A DNA stretch of 63,196 nt, counting the filler, from Octopus bimaculoides (lineage: Eukaryota), in assembly GCF_001194135.2 (NCBI RefSeq). It is 4 parts of 4 records of this genome, joined end to end, with 100 filler letters (N's around TTAATTAATTAA, not from the genome) between each part and the next. Parts side by side here need not be neighbours in the genome. Positions count along the whole stretch, not along the records: positions 1 to 22,174 come from NC_068990.1; 3 more parts are not named here. The stretch is one strand, 5' to 3'. The position numbers and the translations under genes were made by a program. The notes beneath the pieces are model-generated. The model did not search any database and was not told the origin of the DNA. It saw only the letters and a list, made by a program, of their open reading frames with translations. Of the stretch, positions 10,570 through 22,274 are shown in pieces; position 1 is the stretch's first letter, and each line of letters begins with the position of its first letter.

Positions 10570-12108
10570 TATTTCTGCATAGCATGATGTTACAAAGAGT
10601 GAGAAGGTTAATGAAAAGCAAGTTCTTCGGTGCCCAAGCTAAAAGAGTGATTTATGACAGAAAGATTGCAAGACTTCTGAGTACTGGAAAAAGGCATGCA
10701 GAATTTGCAATCTACGTTGATGTCACTGAAAATCTGTATTAAATGGTTTAATTACTGCTATTGTTGTGAATTGTGGCCATGCATGCGGCAAATGATTGTA
10801 GAGAAATCGATTTGAAGCGTCAAAGCAGTTTCAACTCGCAATGGAAACCAATCAATATTCACTTCTATTCCCTCTACACTTTACTTAAATGCAGGGCTAC
10901 AAAAATGTTAACTAAGTAAAATCTAAATGGAATGTGTAGAAGGCTCTTTGCCTCTATGGACATTTTCCATATCCTGCATTTGCATAGCTATTACTAAATT
11001 ATTTTATTCATATTTTTTTGCTTTTGCCATGTGTCTTAGGAGTTAAAATAATATATAATACTTAAATTTTCTTCATATGTGAATTATTTCAGAAATTATA
11101 AATTTTTCGAAAAGTCCCAAATGGAGGGATCTTCTTTGAAAAAAAGCATATTTATGCTTTTCTATTCACTTGCAATAATAAACATTGTTATAACTCAACC
11201 GCACGATAAGAATCATACCTGGGAACGTTAAATGTTGCAAAGCAGTCTTTTGCAAAGTCTGCTTAAGTTTTGTTACCCTTACTTTATATAAGATCGAAAA
11301 TACTTTTGGAGAAGCTTTTCAAAGAAATTCTCTTTATATTTGCAAAGCTAGCTGATGCCGAAGTCGGAAGTGGAATATTTGATAAATCTCAAAGTATGTA
11401 TGTATGTATTTATGGATGGATGGATGGATGGATGGGTGCGTGGATTTTGTGTAATAACGGAAGTCGAAACTCATATTTGATTAATGTCCATTCCTAAACT
11501 TAGAAACTATTTATATCAGAAAACATTGTAACATGGTGTCAATAAAGTAATGACGTTCACAGCTGAGTCAGCTGCTGCGATGTCTCTCAGCTTATTGGTT
11601 GAACAATCTACAGTTCGTAGACTATTTCCGGCATCATACCGTATACCACTACACAAACATCAGATAGTTAGTACCACTAAATGTGAATTTTTATCTTTAG
11701 CTAGTAAAAGATATATGTAATACGTGCATCATTGGCTTACAGTGTTGTTTTTAATTCTTTCCGCCATATAATTTTAAGGGGAAATGGACCCAACATTGGA
11801 CCTTGGGCTTCATGTGTTATCATAAATTATATTTCAGTGTTTCCACACAAATTGGTTATGTCACATATTCGCTGATACATGGGAATCTTAACAGATTTAT
11901 AGGTTACACGTCCAAATTCCTAACAGGAGTTATAGCGATAATATATATTTTCTATCAGTATAAACTTAGAACATCGTCAGAAGTGCTATTTTATAGATAT
12001 ATATATAATATTCATTCTAAACTGGGTTTATCGCTCGGAGATAATTTGCTAACATTAACATTTTGTAATACAAGCACTGTCACTTCACCAAAGATTGTTT
12101 AGACTTAC

Positions 12109-12143
12109 TTAAAGCACATTCTCACTATGCTGTGTGAAAAATA
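12109..12143 (-). CDS. Candidate 35-nt exon of the minus-strand gene
   Basis: TGCTTTGCAG acceptor and GTAAGT donor. Phase-0 reading YFSHSIVRMCF; phase-1 reading VFFTQHSENVL* with TAA abutting the donor. Confidence 0.4.
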
Positions 12144-12185
12144 CTGCAAAGCATTTTTTAAAGATTGACATGTATGTAGAAAATA

Positions 12186-12690
12186 CGAGGAGTTTTTAAA
12201 GAATTGCTGCCCTGAATTGATCTGAAATATTGATGATCAGAGTGTGCCACAGACTACCGTGAGGCTATGGGCGTACAGACACCAACAAACCTCGGTACAA
12301 CTAATGTTCAGTTGTCGGCAGTCATGCCATCTAATAAAAAAAAAATTATGTGATATTGATTTTGTCTGACGATAGGAGTCGGAGCAAAACCGGTAATCTT
12401 TTACAAGTTCGCCAAGTCAGATGATGGAAAGGAAGCAAGAAACCGTTATTCGTGCTCCAAGGTGCAACGCACAACGGTATCAAGTTATTCGCAAACTTGA
12501 TTACTTCTGTAAGTATCTGTACCAAGGTTCACCGAGGTCAGATGGTGACGTCAAATCTGATGACAAGACGCAGACAAAAATGGGAAAAGAAGCTGCTTAT
12601 GGTGTGAAACAAGCTTTTCAATCTCGCTCCTCGTCATCCCACGTATATCTATATTGCAAATCAATACTGGCCGTGGAACTGCATTAAAAC
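12186..12690 (+). mobile_element. mariner-type element, 5' part, decayed
   Basis: TA-CGAGGAG left TIR start; degenerate N-terminal transposase pieces (ERKQE, QRYQVI, AYG...SRS); no right TIR found. Confidence 0.55.
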
Positions 12691-13365
12691 ACTGAAATAG
12701 TTTAGTTCTCTTTTTCTTTCAAATGCTTAACAAAAACTAACTACAAAATAAGACAAATCAGAACTATATTTCAAATGCTTTGTCTGTTGCATGTAACTCT
12801 AAGGATCACTCTGACTTAACCACTACGGATTAATCAAATCATGCGGAGTAGTTAAATCATGACAGTGGTATCATGCAATTCTTGATCTACACCACACAAG
12901 AATAGTAGATCTCAAGGCTACAAGTTACTATTACATATTTTCAATGCTTATACAAGTAAAGTTACGTTTCATATAATATTCTTCAATACCCATGTATATT
13001 TTCATTCTAGAAATGATTGTTTCTGATTTAAGCCAAAAAAGCAATTAAGTTTTAGGGGAGGGAGGTTACTTGCTACCATCGATCCAAGTTCTAGACAGTC
13101 ACTATATTTTATTGGTCCTAGAATGTATATAAACATTCAAACCAAATAATGATATCTTGAAAGCATTTGATACGTTGGTTTCAGAACAGTAATATACTAT
13201 AGGAAATACATCTCTTACGCAATACCTTCATCAGTTAATACATTTCAAATATGTACACACACACAGACACACACACACACACATATATATATATAGATAT
13301 AACTTTTGCAAAATGTTCAAAAAAGTGGTTTTGGTAAAAGAAAAGAAAAAAACCAAAATACATAC

Positions 13366-13649
13366 CTGAAACTGCAAGATGTACAAGTGAGAATATTTTG
13401 CCAAATATTGTCCAAATGAGAAAAATGAGGGTGGCATACATAAAACATATACAAAGGATTAATAAACCGCCAAAACTGACTTCACTCTCGTTTTCCTTCA
13501 TAAATGCAGACGTTTGAGACATAACTGATGATCGTCTCCGATAAAGGCAAGGAGTGGAGAAATCGTTGGAATGTTCTCGAGAACATTTGTTGCTAACACC
13601 AAATTCATCGACATCGATGTCTGAGACATTAGCATGGAACACGTCAGGG
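13366..13649 (-). CDS. Internal exon of an unidentified probable membrane protein
   Basis: TTTTCCTTTTTAG acceptor, CAG|GTATGT donor, 94 open codons PDVFHANVSD...RRRSS...GLLILCICFMYATLIFLIWTIFGKIFSLVHLAVS; phase 2 in, phase 1 out. Confidence 0.65.
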
Positions 13650-13713
13650 CTAAAAAGGAAAAAGAAAGAGAAAAAGAAATTAAGGAAAACGGTTTGCAAA
13701 TTATAGTAGAAAC

Positions 13714-13907
13714 GATAGCTGAAGAAATTTAAGAAAATGGGAGATAAATTTTCGTTTTCAAGTGTGTGTTCAAATTCCGCCGAGGTCGACTTTACATTTC
13801 ATCAATTCAAGGTCGATGAAATAAGTACCAGTTACGCACTGGAGTCAATATAATAGACTATCCCCATTCCCTCCAAATTTTCAAGGCCTTGTGCCAAGAG
13901 AAAAAAT
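13714..13907 (+). mobile_element. SINE family A
   Basis: GTTCAAATTCCGCCGAGGTCGACTTTAC core and tail; head degenerate. Confidence 0.85.
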
Positions 13908-13926
13908 AATTATGATAATGTGGAAT

Positions 13927-14140
13927 AAGCCTGCGAGGTGGTAGAATCGTTAGCACACCGGGAAAAATGCTTAGCGGCGTTTTATCCGTCTCTACGTGCT
14001 GTGTTCAAATTCCAGTGAGGACGACTTTGCCTTTTATCCTTTTGAAGTCGATAGAATAAGCTCTAGTTGAGTACCGGCGTCCATGTAATTGACATAAATC
14101 CTCTCCCGAAATTGCTGGCTTTGAGCCAAAATTTGAAATC
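13927..14140 (+). mobile_element. SINE family A with 18-bp TSD
   Basis: Flanked by ATTAT(G/T)ATAATGTGGAAT at 13909-13926 and 14141-14158 (17/18). Confidence 0.9.
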
Positions 14141-14191
14141 ATTATTATAATGTGGAATTCTTCCCTCAATGACATTCAAATGACCCGAAAC

Positions 14192-14273
14192 CTTATAAAC
14201 CAGGGGAAAATACTAAGCTGGTGCAATTTTCTTAGGTAACCGAGAGCATAGGTTTCTAAGTTTTTCAACGGCG
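14192..14273 (-). CDS. Candidate upstream exon of the minus-strand gene
   Basis: T-rich tract of about 190 nt ends in AAAAG at 14274-14275. Weak AG|GTTTCG donor gives APLKNLETYALGYLRKLHQLSIFPWFI in phase with 13649. Could be non-coding. Confidence 0.25.
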
Positions 14274-14719
14274 CTTTTGAAAGAGAAGAACGCAGAAAGA
14301 ATGCAGGCAGAATAAAATGGAAAGGAAAACAAAGCACATATTTGAAATTCGAAAATAGAAAATCTAAAAGAATAAAGATTAAATTCCTGCAAAAAGAAAG
14401 CAAAAACGTAAAATAAAACATTAAAATTCTTTGAAAACATGAAAAGAAGAAAAAAATGTACAATCAACTTACAACATGGTGTTGTTTCACAGAATAACCG
14501 TTAGAGACAAAAGAGAGTGAATTGTAAACTCAATTGTTTTTCTTTAAAACAAAAGAAAAATGCTTCTCTTCAGCGAACATATAAATTAGCTTTGCTTAGA
14601 TAAGTTAACCGGTTCACTAGTATGAGCTTCGTACTGGAATACAGAGAACAGAAATGTTCGCTTGCATTCTTTTTTGATAACTGAACATTTTTATAGATAG
14701 ACCTGATAAGTATTATAAC

Positions 14720-14751
14720 TATGTACCACTACGACTGCTACTAATGCGACG

Positions 14752-14786
<35 letters not shown>

Positions 14787-14805
14787 CACTACTACTACTA
14801 CAACG
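14720..14805. repeat. (CTA/CCA)n trinucleotide tract
   Basis: Direct inspection. Confidence 0.9.
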
Positions 14806-15788
14806 ATAGCCAATACTGTCGTTTCTACTTTTCGACAACGTGAACCGAACGAAAGGTGAAGGTTATCGTTTTGAAAACCGCCTACTTTACTCCTACTTCA
14901 CTCCCACTTCACTCCCACTTCACTCCTACTCCCACACTTGACTTTATGTTCGTTTTCACTTATTTTCTTTCTTTCTTTTTTTTTTTCCTTTTTCGTTTGT
15001 TTCTTCTTCTTCCTCACACTGTCCTTCCTCTTCAATCACAACGTCGCCGCGTGATCATTGCAAGTAACCTTATACTTAGTTAATGTCGCCGGCGTTGAGT
15101 GTGGGAGAACAAGAGAGAGAAAAAGAGAGAGAGAGATATATATCAAGAGTGTGTAAAGAGAAAAGAGAAAGAAGTAGAGAAGAAGGAGAGAGGGAGACAG
15201 AAGCAGCGAGGGAGTGAGAGGCAGAGAGAGGGAGTAAGAGGTAGAGAGAGAGATGTAGGAGGGGCATTCAGGCCACCAACCTAACTTGATCTTTTCGCCC
15301 GGTGAGTCGATAGCTGTCACTATCTCTATGTAACACACACGCACACGTGCGCGCGTATACATTACACACACATACACTCACACACACACACATACATACA
15401 TACATACAAACATATGTGTATACACACATACATATATATGCATATTTTTCTGTATATAGATAGATAGATAGANNNNNNNNNNNNNNNNNNNNNNNNNNNN
15501 NNNNNNNNNNNNNNNNNNNNNNNNNNNNNNNNNNNNNNNNNNNNNNNNNNNNNNNNNNNNNNNNNNNNNNNNNNNNNNNNNNNNNNNNNNNNNNNNNNNN
15601 NNNNNNNNNNNNNNNNNNNNNNNNNNNNNNNNNNNNNNNNNNNNNNNNNNNNNNNNNNNNNNNNNNNNNNNNNNNNNNNNNNNNNNNNNNNNNNNNNNNN
15701 NNNNNNNNNNNNNNNNNNNNNNNNNNNNNATATATGTGTGTGTGTATGTGTGTATATATATATATACATATACATCTCTCTCTCTCTC

Positions 15789-15835
<47 letters not shown>

Positions 15836-17324
15836 GCAGTTTCTTCAATAAGAAATTGTAGAACACTCATGTGGTGTTTACAACAGGAAAGTGCACCATA
15901 CGATCATACAAAGCAGCATTAATTGAATTTATAGAATGCATTAATTGACTAATTAGTTATAAAACTTTTAATTCTGAAACATAGAATGTATGTGGTGTTA
16001 AGTTTGGAAGTACGACGTCGCTTGAAGGAATCCAATTAACGCCCCAGCAAAACTTTAATAATTGTGTCCATATCGAGACCATCCATTGTTTAATGGACAG
16101 GTCAGAAAGACATAAATAAATGTTGATTATGAAATAATTGATAAAATATTCCGTTTTTATCAAAGCCGCTCTCTCAGAGCAAATCTCATAACTAAATTAA
16201 ATATAGCATGGGTTTTTTTGTATATTCTATTTATTAACGCGCTTTAATTAATTGCTATCAGTATAAACAATTTATTTTCTTGTTACAAATGAAACAGTGG
16301 AAAAATGCAAATCTTCAACAGTTTTAAAAGAAATGAAACTAGTAATTCGTTTTTAACAGTTGAAATCGAAAAAGAAAAGCAATAAATAATAGCGTGTTAA
16401 TTTTGAGTTAAAAAATCTCGAACATTTGTCATGTTGGCAGAATTATATGGATTCGTGTCCCATGGGCAGCCTTGGACATTTTCTTTCCAAAGATGTTTTT
16501 TTAATTCAATACACTCTCTTATTTATAGCTTATTTACACGCTGTTATTTATAGCTTTTCTACTTCAAGTTTAATAGCTAAAAACAAATTATTTCACGTTT
16601 TCTCGATGTTTCTAAACACGACGTCCACAAAAACTATTAATTTTACTATTTGCACCATCGCATATCGGTATATCATCCGGTATGAGGAAAAAGATACATT
16701 AGTGCTTCCTTCCCCCGATACTCTTTATACCCGCTCAAAATTACTGTACCTGATGGTATTATAAGAGGCACTTTCTGTTCCAAATCCAAAAAACAAAACA
16801 AAAATTTCTCAAAATTCACCCCAGTCCTATATACGAAGTTGGGTCCCCATAAGGTTGAATGCAGTCAAAACATTTTATCCTGATTATGTATGTACTGCTG
16901 TAATGTGAATGCATCTAATACGCACTTAGAAAACATCTTCAAAAATGTCCCTCTGGGTTCTATATGCATCCCGGAAGTTTCAATGCACTGAAAACGTATT
17001 TTCTTGAATATGCGTCGCTGAAATTCTTGTACGTCTAATATACTCGTCTGTCTTTTATGCCATCAAATGCGTTAATTTGGTTTTGGTTTTGGTTTGGTTT
17101 GGAATGCTCCTAGATGTTAGATGGTTTACAAGATTTATTCTTATCTTTATCTTATCTATAAGGTGGGTTTACTTATTTCCACGGTTATTTCCATGGATTT
17201 TAATACAGAAATAATCTCAGTATTTAGAGTTATGTACAATTATTCTCTGGTCGAATAAAGGAAATATCTCCAACTATTTAGCCGTCATCAGCATAGCCTT
17301 CGCTATTATTATCCGTAAGACTAA

Positions 17325-17533
17325 GCCGGCGAGCGGGCAGTATCGTTAGCACGCCGGGCAAATTGCTTAGCAACACTTCGCCTATCCTGACGTTCTGAGT
17401 TCAAATTCTACCGAGGTCGACTTTGTCTTTCATCTTATCGGGGTCGATAAATTAAGTATCAGTGAAACATTGAGGTTGATGTAATCGACTAGTCCCCTCC
17501 GCCAAATTTCAGGCCTAGTGCCTTTCGTGGAAT
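17325..17533 (+). mobile_element. SINE family A
   Basis: GGCGAGCGGGCAG head, GAGTTCAAATTCTACCGAGGTCGACTTTG core, GGCCTAGTGCC tail. Confidence 0.92.
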
Positions 17534-17639
17534 GACTAGCAAGTAAGTTTTCCTTGGTTAAATTCCTCAAAAGCGAATATCTTTTGTTTTTTTCCTTCTC
17601 CATTGAATTTACAAACTTTCAAAACTGCTAAGTCATTCA

Positions 17640-18060
17640 GTTTTTCTATGAAAGTAATACCCGATGGTAAATAAATATTTCGCTTAGCAAAGATTCAGAA
17701 TTTTTTTCTGGCTCTGGTTCTGGCATCACACCAAAGAGAGATTTTACATATTCGTAGTTCGAACTTGGGATATTGCAAATCTCAAGACCACTTTTGAAAT
17801 TAATCCAAAACACTGGAACTGAAGACTTTGTAGTTTTCATCACCAGCAATTCTGTTTCCTGTTCTTTCAAAGTTGGAAAATGTACAAATGTACAATGCAA
17901 TGTTTATTTTCGGTTAAGCTGCAGATAATTGCAGCATTGGTTCCAAGTTGCTGATTTTGGCAAGTGAGGTTACTGAAGTTACTTCGATTCCTGTAACCAG
18001 ATCATTTATGAGATTAGTAATATCGACCGAAGATGGCAAATGGCATATCCACTTTTCGTT
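17640..18060 (-). pseudogene. Decayed hAT (SPIN/Charlie-type) transposase fragment
   Basis: Frameshifted minus-strand KWICHLPSSVDITNLINDL and TFVHFPTLKE resemble the W..DLAF.VDIT.HLN.L and HFP.L motifs of this family (recalled motif). Confidence 0.5.
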
Positions 18061-18094
18061 CTCTGATGCCTTTAATAGCTATGTCTTTCACAGA

Positions 18095-18305
18095 TTATCT
18101 TTCGCTTGTTTCAGTTGTCAGACTGCGGCCATGCTGGAGCACCATCTTGAAAAATTTTTGGATGAATGAATTGATCCCAGTTCTTATTTTTTAAAGCCTG
18201 GTACTTATTTCCTAGTTTTTTTTTTTGTTTTTGCCGAACCGCAAGGCGTAAAAAAACCAGCGCCTCATGCCAAGCAGTGGTAGGGGTCAAATTCGCACAC
18301 AAACA
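18095..18305 (-). mobile_element. SINE family B, 3' part
   Basis: GACTGCGGCCATGCTGGAGCACC...TTTTGCCGAACCGC in reverse orientation. Confidence 0.88.
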
Positions 18306-18352
18306 CATACACACACACAAAACACTCACGTACACACACATACATACATACA

Positions 18353-18388
<36 letters not shown>

Positions 18389-18817
18389 TATATANNNNNN
18401 NNNNNNNNNNNNNNNNNNNNNNNNNNNNNNNNNNNNNNNNNNNNNNNNNNNNNNNNNNNNNNNNNNNNNNNNNNNNNNNNNNNNNNNNNNNNNNNNNNNN
18501 NNNNNNNNNNNNNNNNNATAATTAAAATTAGGGTTCCGCAAAAATTGCTTCACCACACACCGAAATTAGAAATAACAGTTAAAACTACTATTTCACTACC
18601 ATAATATATCTCCCAGACAGCAGCACTCGCAACTCACACAGGAAATACTAGTTTTAACTTAGCTTGCTGCCTTAATTGTCTCATATACAACCATAGAATA
18701 AATTACGATGCTGCTTGTTTCAATATCTGGATATCGTTAACCATATAATTTGTATGGTTATGGCACGTAAAAATATCAACAGTTGAGCCGTATCTATCAA
18801 TATATGCCATCTCGTAT

Positions 18818-18872
18818 ACAGAGAAATTTGTGGTTTTACTGTGTTTTACAGTAAAACCACAAATTTCTCTGT
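18818..18872. repeat. Perfect inverted repeat, 25-bp arms, 5-nt loop
   Basis: ACAGAGAAATTTGTGGTTTTACTGT-GTTTT-ACAGTAAAACCACAAATTTCTCTGT. Confidence 0.95.
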
Positions 18873-20221
18873 TGCCTGTTTCAAGATTCCATACATATCG
18901 TTAAGAATAATATCTGGAAATACTGACAACGATATCTACGGCCACTTTTTAAAACTAACATCTTCTGAATTAAAACTTTGCACAACAGTAACTATACACA
19001 CTTGAACAGATTAACCTTCTCTGTGCAATTTCGCTTCTTTTAAAACTAGCTATGTTTCATAACTAGATTACTGTTTGTACGCAGATTTGTTTTTCAAAAT
19101 GCTCAATTTCACATATTCAATACGCAGTAGCGTTCGTGATTGTACATTTTCTAAACTAGAACCGAATACTTAAAATGTATCCTGCATATACACATATACA
19201 TTCACATGCAAACACACACATCTTCACACGCTCACACACAAATACACATTTCTCTTTTCTTCTACAAAAACACAATTGTCTAACAAAGCTTTATTGAACA
19301 ATGAACTCGCGTTGGCTTAATATTTTTATATATATTAGTACCAGCTATTCTGGGAGTGTTTAACGCTATGTACTCTACAAAAGTCATTGCAGATCTTTAA
19401 TTAAAATACGCAACCGCATCGTGAATGTTACCAAACTTATGGTCAACAGAAATGTATTTAAGCTTTATGCAGTACTGAAAGCAACTTATATTCAATTACA
19501 CGCGATAAAATCTGGATTTCTGGTAGACTCGCTAAAGTGTGTGTCAGCGACGATAAATTAACAGGAGAGTTCGTGCAATATGGAATGAATATAATGGCTG
19601 TACTTTTGGGTAGACGAATACGTTTTTGTCTTTTTGGTACTCTCTGTTGAAGAACAGAAGTCCGAAACCTTAGACTTTCTGCTTCTCACAACCAGTGACT
19701 GTATTAGCCAACCCACGAACTCTCCACTTTGCATTAAAATGCAGTGATTGTATGACGATGATAGATTCCCTCGTCGTCTAACTATCACTGGATTTATAAC
19801 GGTGTATTTTGCAAACTATTTGGCCATGGAAACACCACCGACGACTTCATATTCATATCTGATATCAAAAGTAAATCTGCTTGATAGTAACCAAATCCCT
19901 TCCAGCTATTGTTGTTGTTTTTGTTACTGTAAACTGACAGGTAAGCCATGTTCAAATGCATCTATTCTGAGAGGCATTTCAGCCATATCGATTCGGTCTT
20001 TTGTCAAACTTTGTGCGCCTTAAACTACATTATACGACGTGTCTTTCCTTTGCAATTGTTGGTTATTATATGAGGACAGATTTGTCTGCTATTTTAGCGA
20101 TTCGAATGACCATGCAGGCTACATTTTTGGATTAAACATCACAGAAGGTATTGAATTCAATACTGAAATCAACGAAACACTTGTTAGTTTTACAAGGCTA
20201 TTAAAATTTAATCCCTCTTAA

Positions 20222-20431
20222 AGGCAGCGAACTGGCAGAAACGTTAGCACTCCGGGCAAAATGCTTAGCGGTATTTCGTCTGTCTTTATGTTCTGAGTTC
20301 AAATTCCGCTGAGGTCGACTTTGCCTTTCATCCTTTCGGGGTCGATAAGTTAAGTATCAGTTGCGATCTAATCGACTGGCCCCCCACTCTCCAAAAAATT
20401 TCGGGCCTTGTGCTTAGAGCAGAAAAGAATA
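20222..20431 (+). mobile_element. SINE family A with TSD of about 15 bp
   Basis: Canonical head and core; flanks TTTAATCCCTCTTAA (20207-20221) and TTTAATCACTTTTAA (20432-20446), 13/15. Confidence 0.93.
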
Positions 20432-21277
20432 TTTAATCACTTTTAAGATATTCCTGTTTACTGAATACCAGCTCAGGTACCATATTATGCTATTACTTTT
20501 CTATTGTGTCTACAACCTTAGAGTAGGTATTCACAAGGAAGGATACAGAGCAGCCATGTTAGTATTGGTGACTCAGTTAAAAATTAATCACAGGGCACTT
20601 CGTTACATTTAACTCATGATTAATTTATTCAAGCAGACAGTTGAGAAACAAATTTTGATATCACATTCAATACTCGTATGATGATTGAATCTTTAATGAT
20701 AACCCAACGACCAAATCCCGTTTTCTAACCTCTACAGATTATTTTGAGGCCACATTTCTGTAAGAGGGAATCATATTAACGACTAGAGAGCTGAGTCCCA
20801 TATACAGTATTAATCTTCTTCTTACAGCATTTTTGAAATAACATGAATGTCCCCATGTGTCGTTGCAAAGTTTAATCATTTTCTCTAGCCTTGGCACATT
20901 TCTAGATATCAATCGGAATATACTGAAATAACTTGAAGCATTTTCAATTGGTTACATGAAATATGAAGTAATTCTCTACAAATAATGTATTTTTGATAAC
21001 TGACCGCGTCGAATTCACAAGCAGCTATTTCTATAAACCAGTAACTGTTTATCTTCCGATGTAATAACAACACGTAGGGACTTTATAAATAGAACACTTC
21101 TTAACAAATTACTGTCCAGATTGCTAATACAGATCTTAACACTTATGTGAGAAACAATTCAAAACTGCTGGCAGACAAAGCTACATGTATACCAATCAAA
21201 TATATCATTCAAATTTCCACCATCATCTTAAACAAGAAATTATATCTTTAATACTGCAGAGCTTCCTATCTGTAAAC

Positions 21278-21530
21278 CGGTGGTCCTCAACTGGGGTCTA
21301 TATGACCCTTAGGGGGTCCAGGAAAAAAATTGATTTAGATGTATTTATTGGAAGAAACAGCAAGGTTTCTTCCTTAGGCGTTTTACATAGTTCAGTCTAC
21401 ACACGGGAATGTATGATGAGCAAAATAAGAATTTTGGAAGAAGTATCTATAAAACATCAAATGACTATACCAGAATAGAATAGTAACCAAAGGGGTCCAT
21501 AGATAAAAAAAAAGTGATTGAGAATTACTG
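21278..21530. mobile_element. hAT-type MITE
   Basis: CGGTGGTCCTCAAC ... GATTGAGAATTACTG termini; 8-bp TSD CTGTAAAC/CTTTAAAC (7/8). Confidence 0.8.
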
Positions 21531-21826
21531 CTTTAAACTGATGGAGTAATTATGGCTGGATTCCTTGTGGCCAAGGAAATCCTAAATCAAGACCAACCAG
21601 AGTCTAAACAACTTCAATCAAAATAATTGTTGCTGGTGTTGTTTAATTGCAAGTGAGATTTAAATGTTCAGAGCTTCAATGAAATGCATTCTTACCTTTT
21701 TAATCATTGTATCTGGCAACACATCATCAAATGTCTTGGTCGTTGTTGAACTACGGACGACAGTTATTCAATTAACCATATAATATATTGTAGCTGTTGA
21801 TTCTCTCTATATATAAATCTGTCTAC

Positions 21827-21888
<62 letters not shown>

Positions 21889-22161
21889 CTCTCTCTATAT
21901 ATATATATATATACACGCACATAGTAATATACATGGTTTGAAACAATAAGGGGAAGAAAGCTGTTGGCGTGTCGTTAATTTCGTATCCATTACAAGCGTT
22001 TCAACGATCGATAAGTAAGATCAATAGATATTCGTGAATTATCAAATATAAAATGTAAAATATAATCGAGCAAATTTATTATGGATCGCAACTTCCTTGT
22101 ATGCAAATTTATCACGCATCTTCATACATACATACATATATATATATATATAAACATATAT

Positions 22162-22174
22162 AGATCGGAAGAGC
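22162..22174 (+). other. Illumina adapter remnant
   Basis: AGATCGGAAGAGC exactly at the contig end before a gap. Confidence 0.9.
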
Positions 22175-22274
22175 NNNNNNNNNNNNNNNNNNNNNNNNNN
22201 NNNNNNNNNNNNNNNNNNTTAATTAATTAANNNNNNNNNNNNNNNNNNNNNNNNNNNNNNNNNNNNNNNNNNNN
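22175..22274. other. Artificial scaffold spacer
   Basis: 44 N + TTAATTAATTAA (stops in all six frames) + 44 N = 100 bp. Confidence 0.92.

Noticed and set aside
15036-15922. Hydrophobic or charged ORFs such as LSLSLS, ERERER, CVCVCV
   Set aside because: Translations of (CT)n, (GA)n and (CA)n microsatellites.
16700-17050. Several 25-65 codon open frames with possible splice sites
   Set aside because: Frames on both strands are equally plausible, donors are weak and no motif is recognised.
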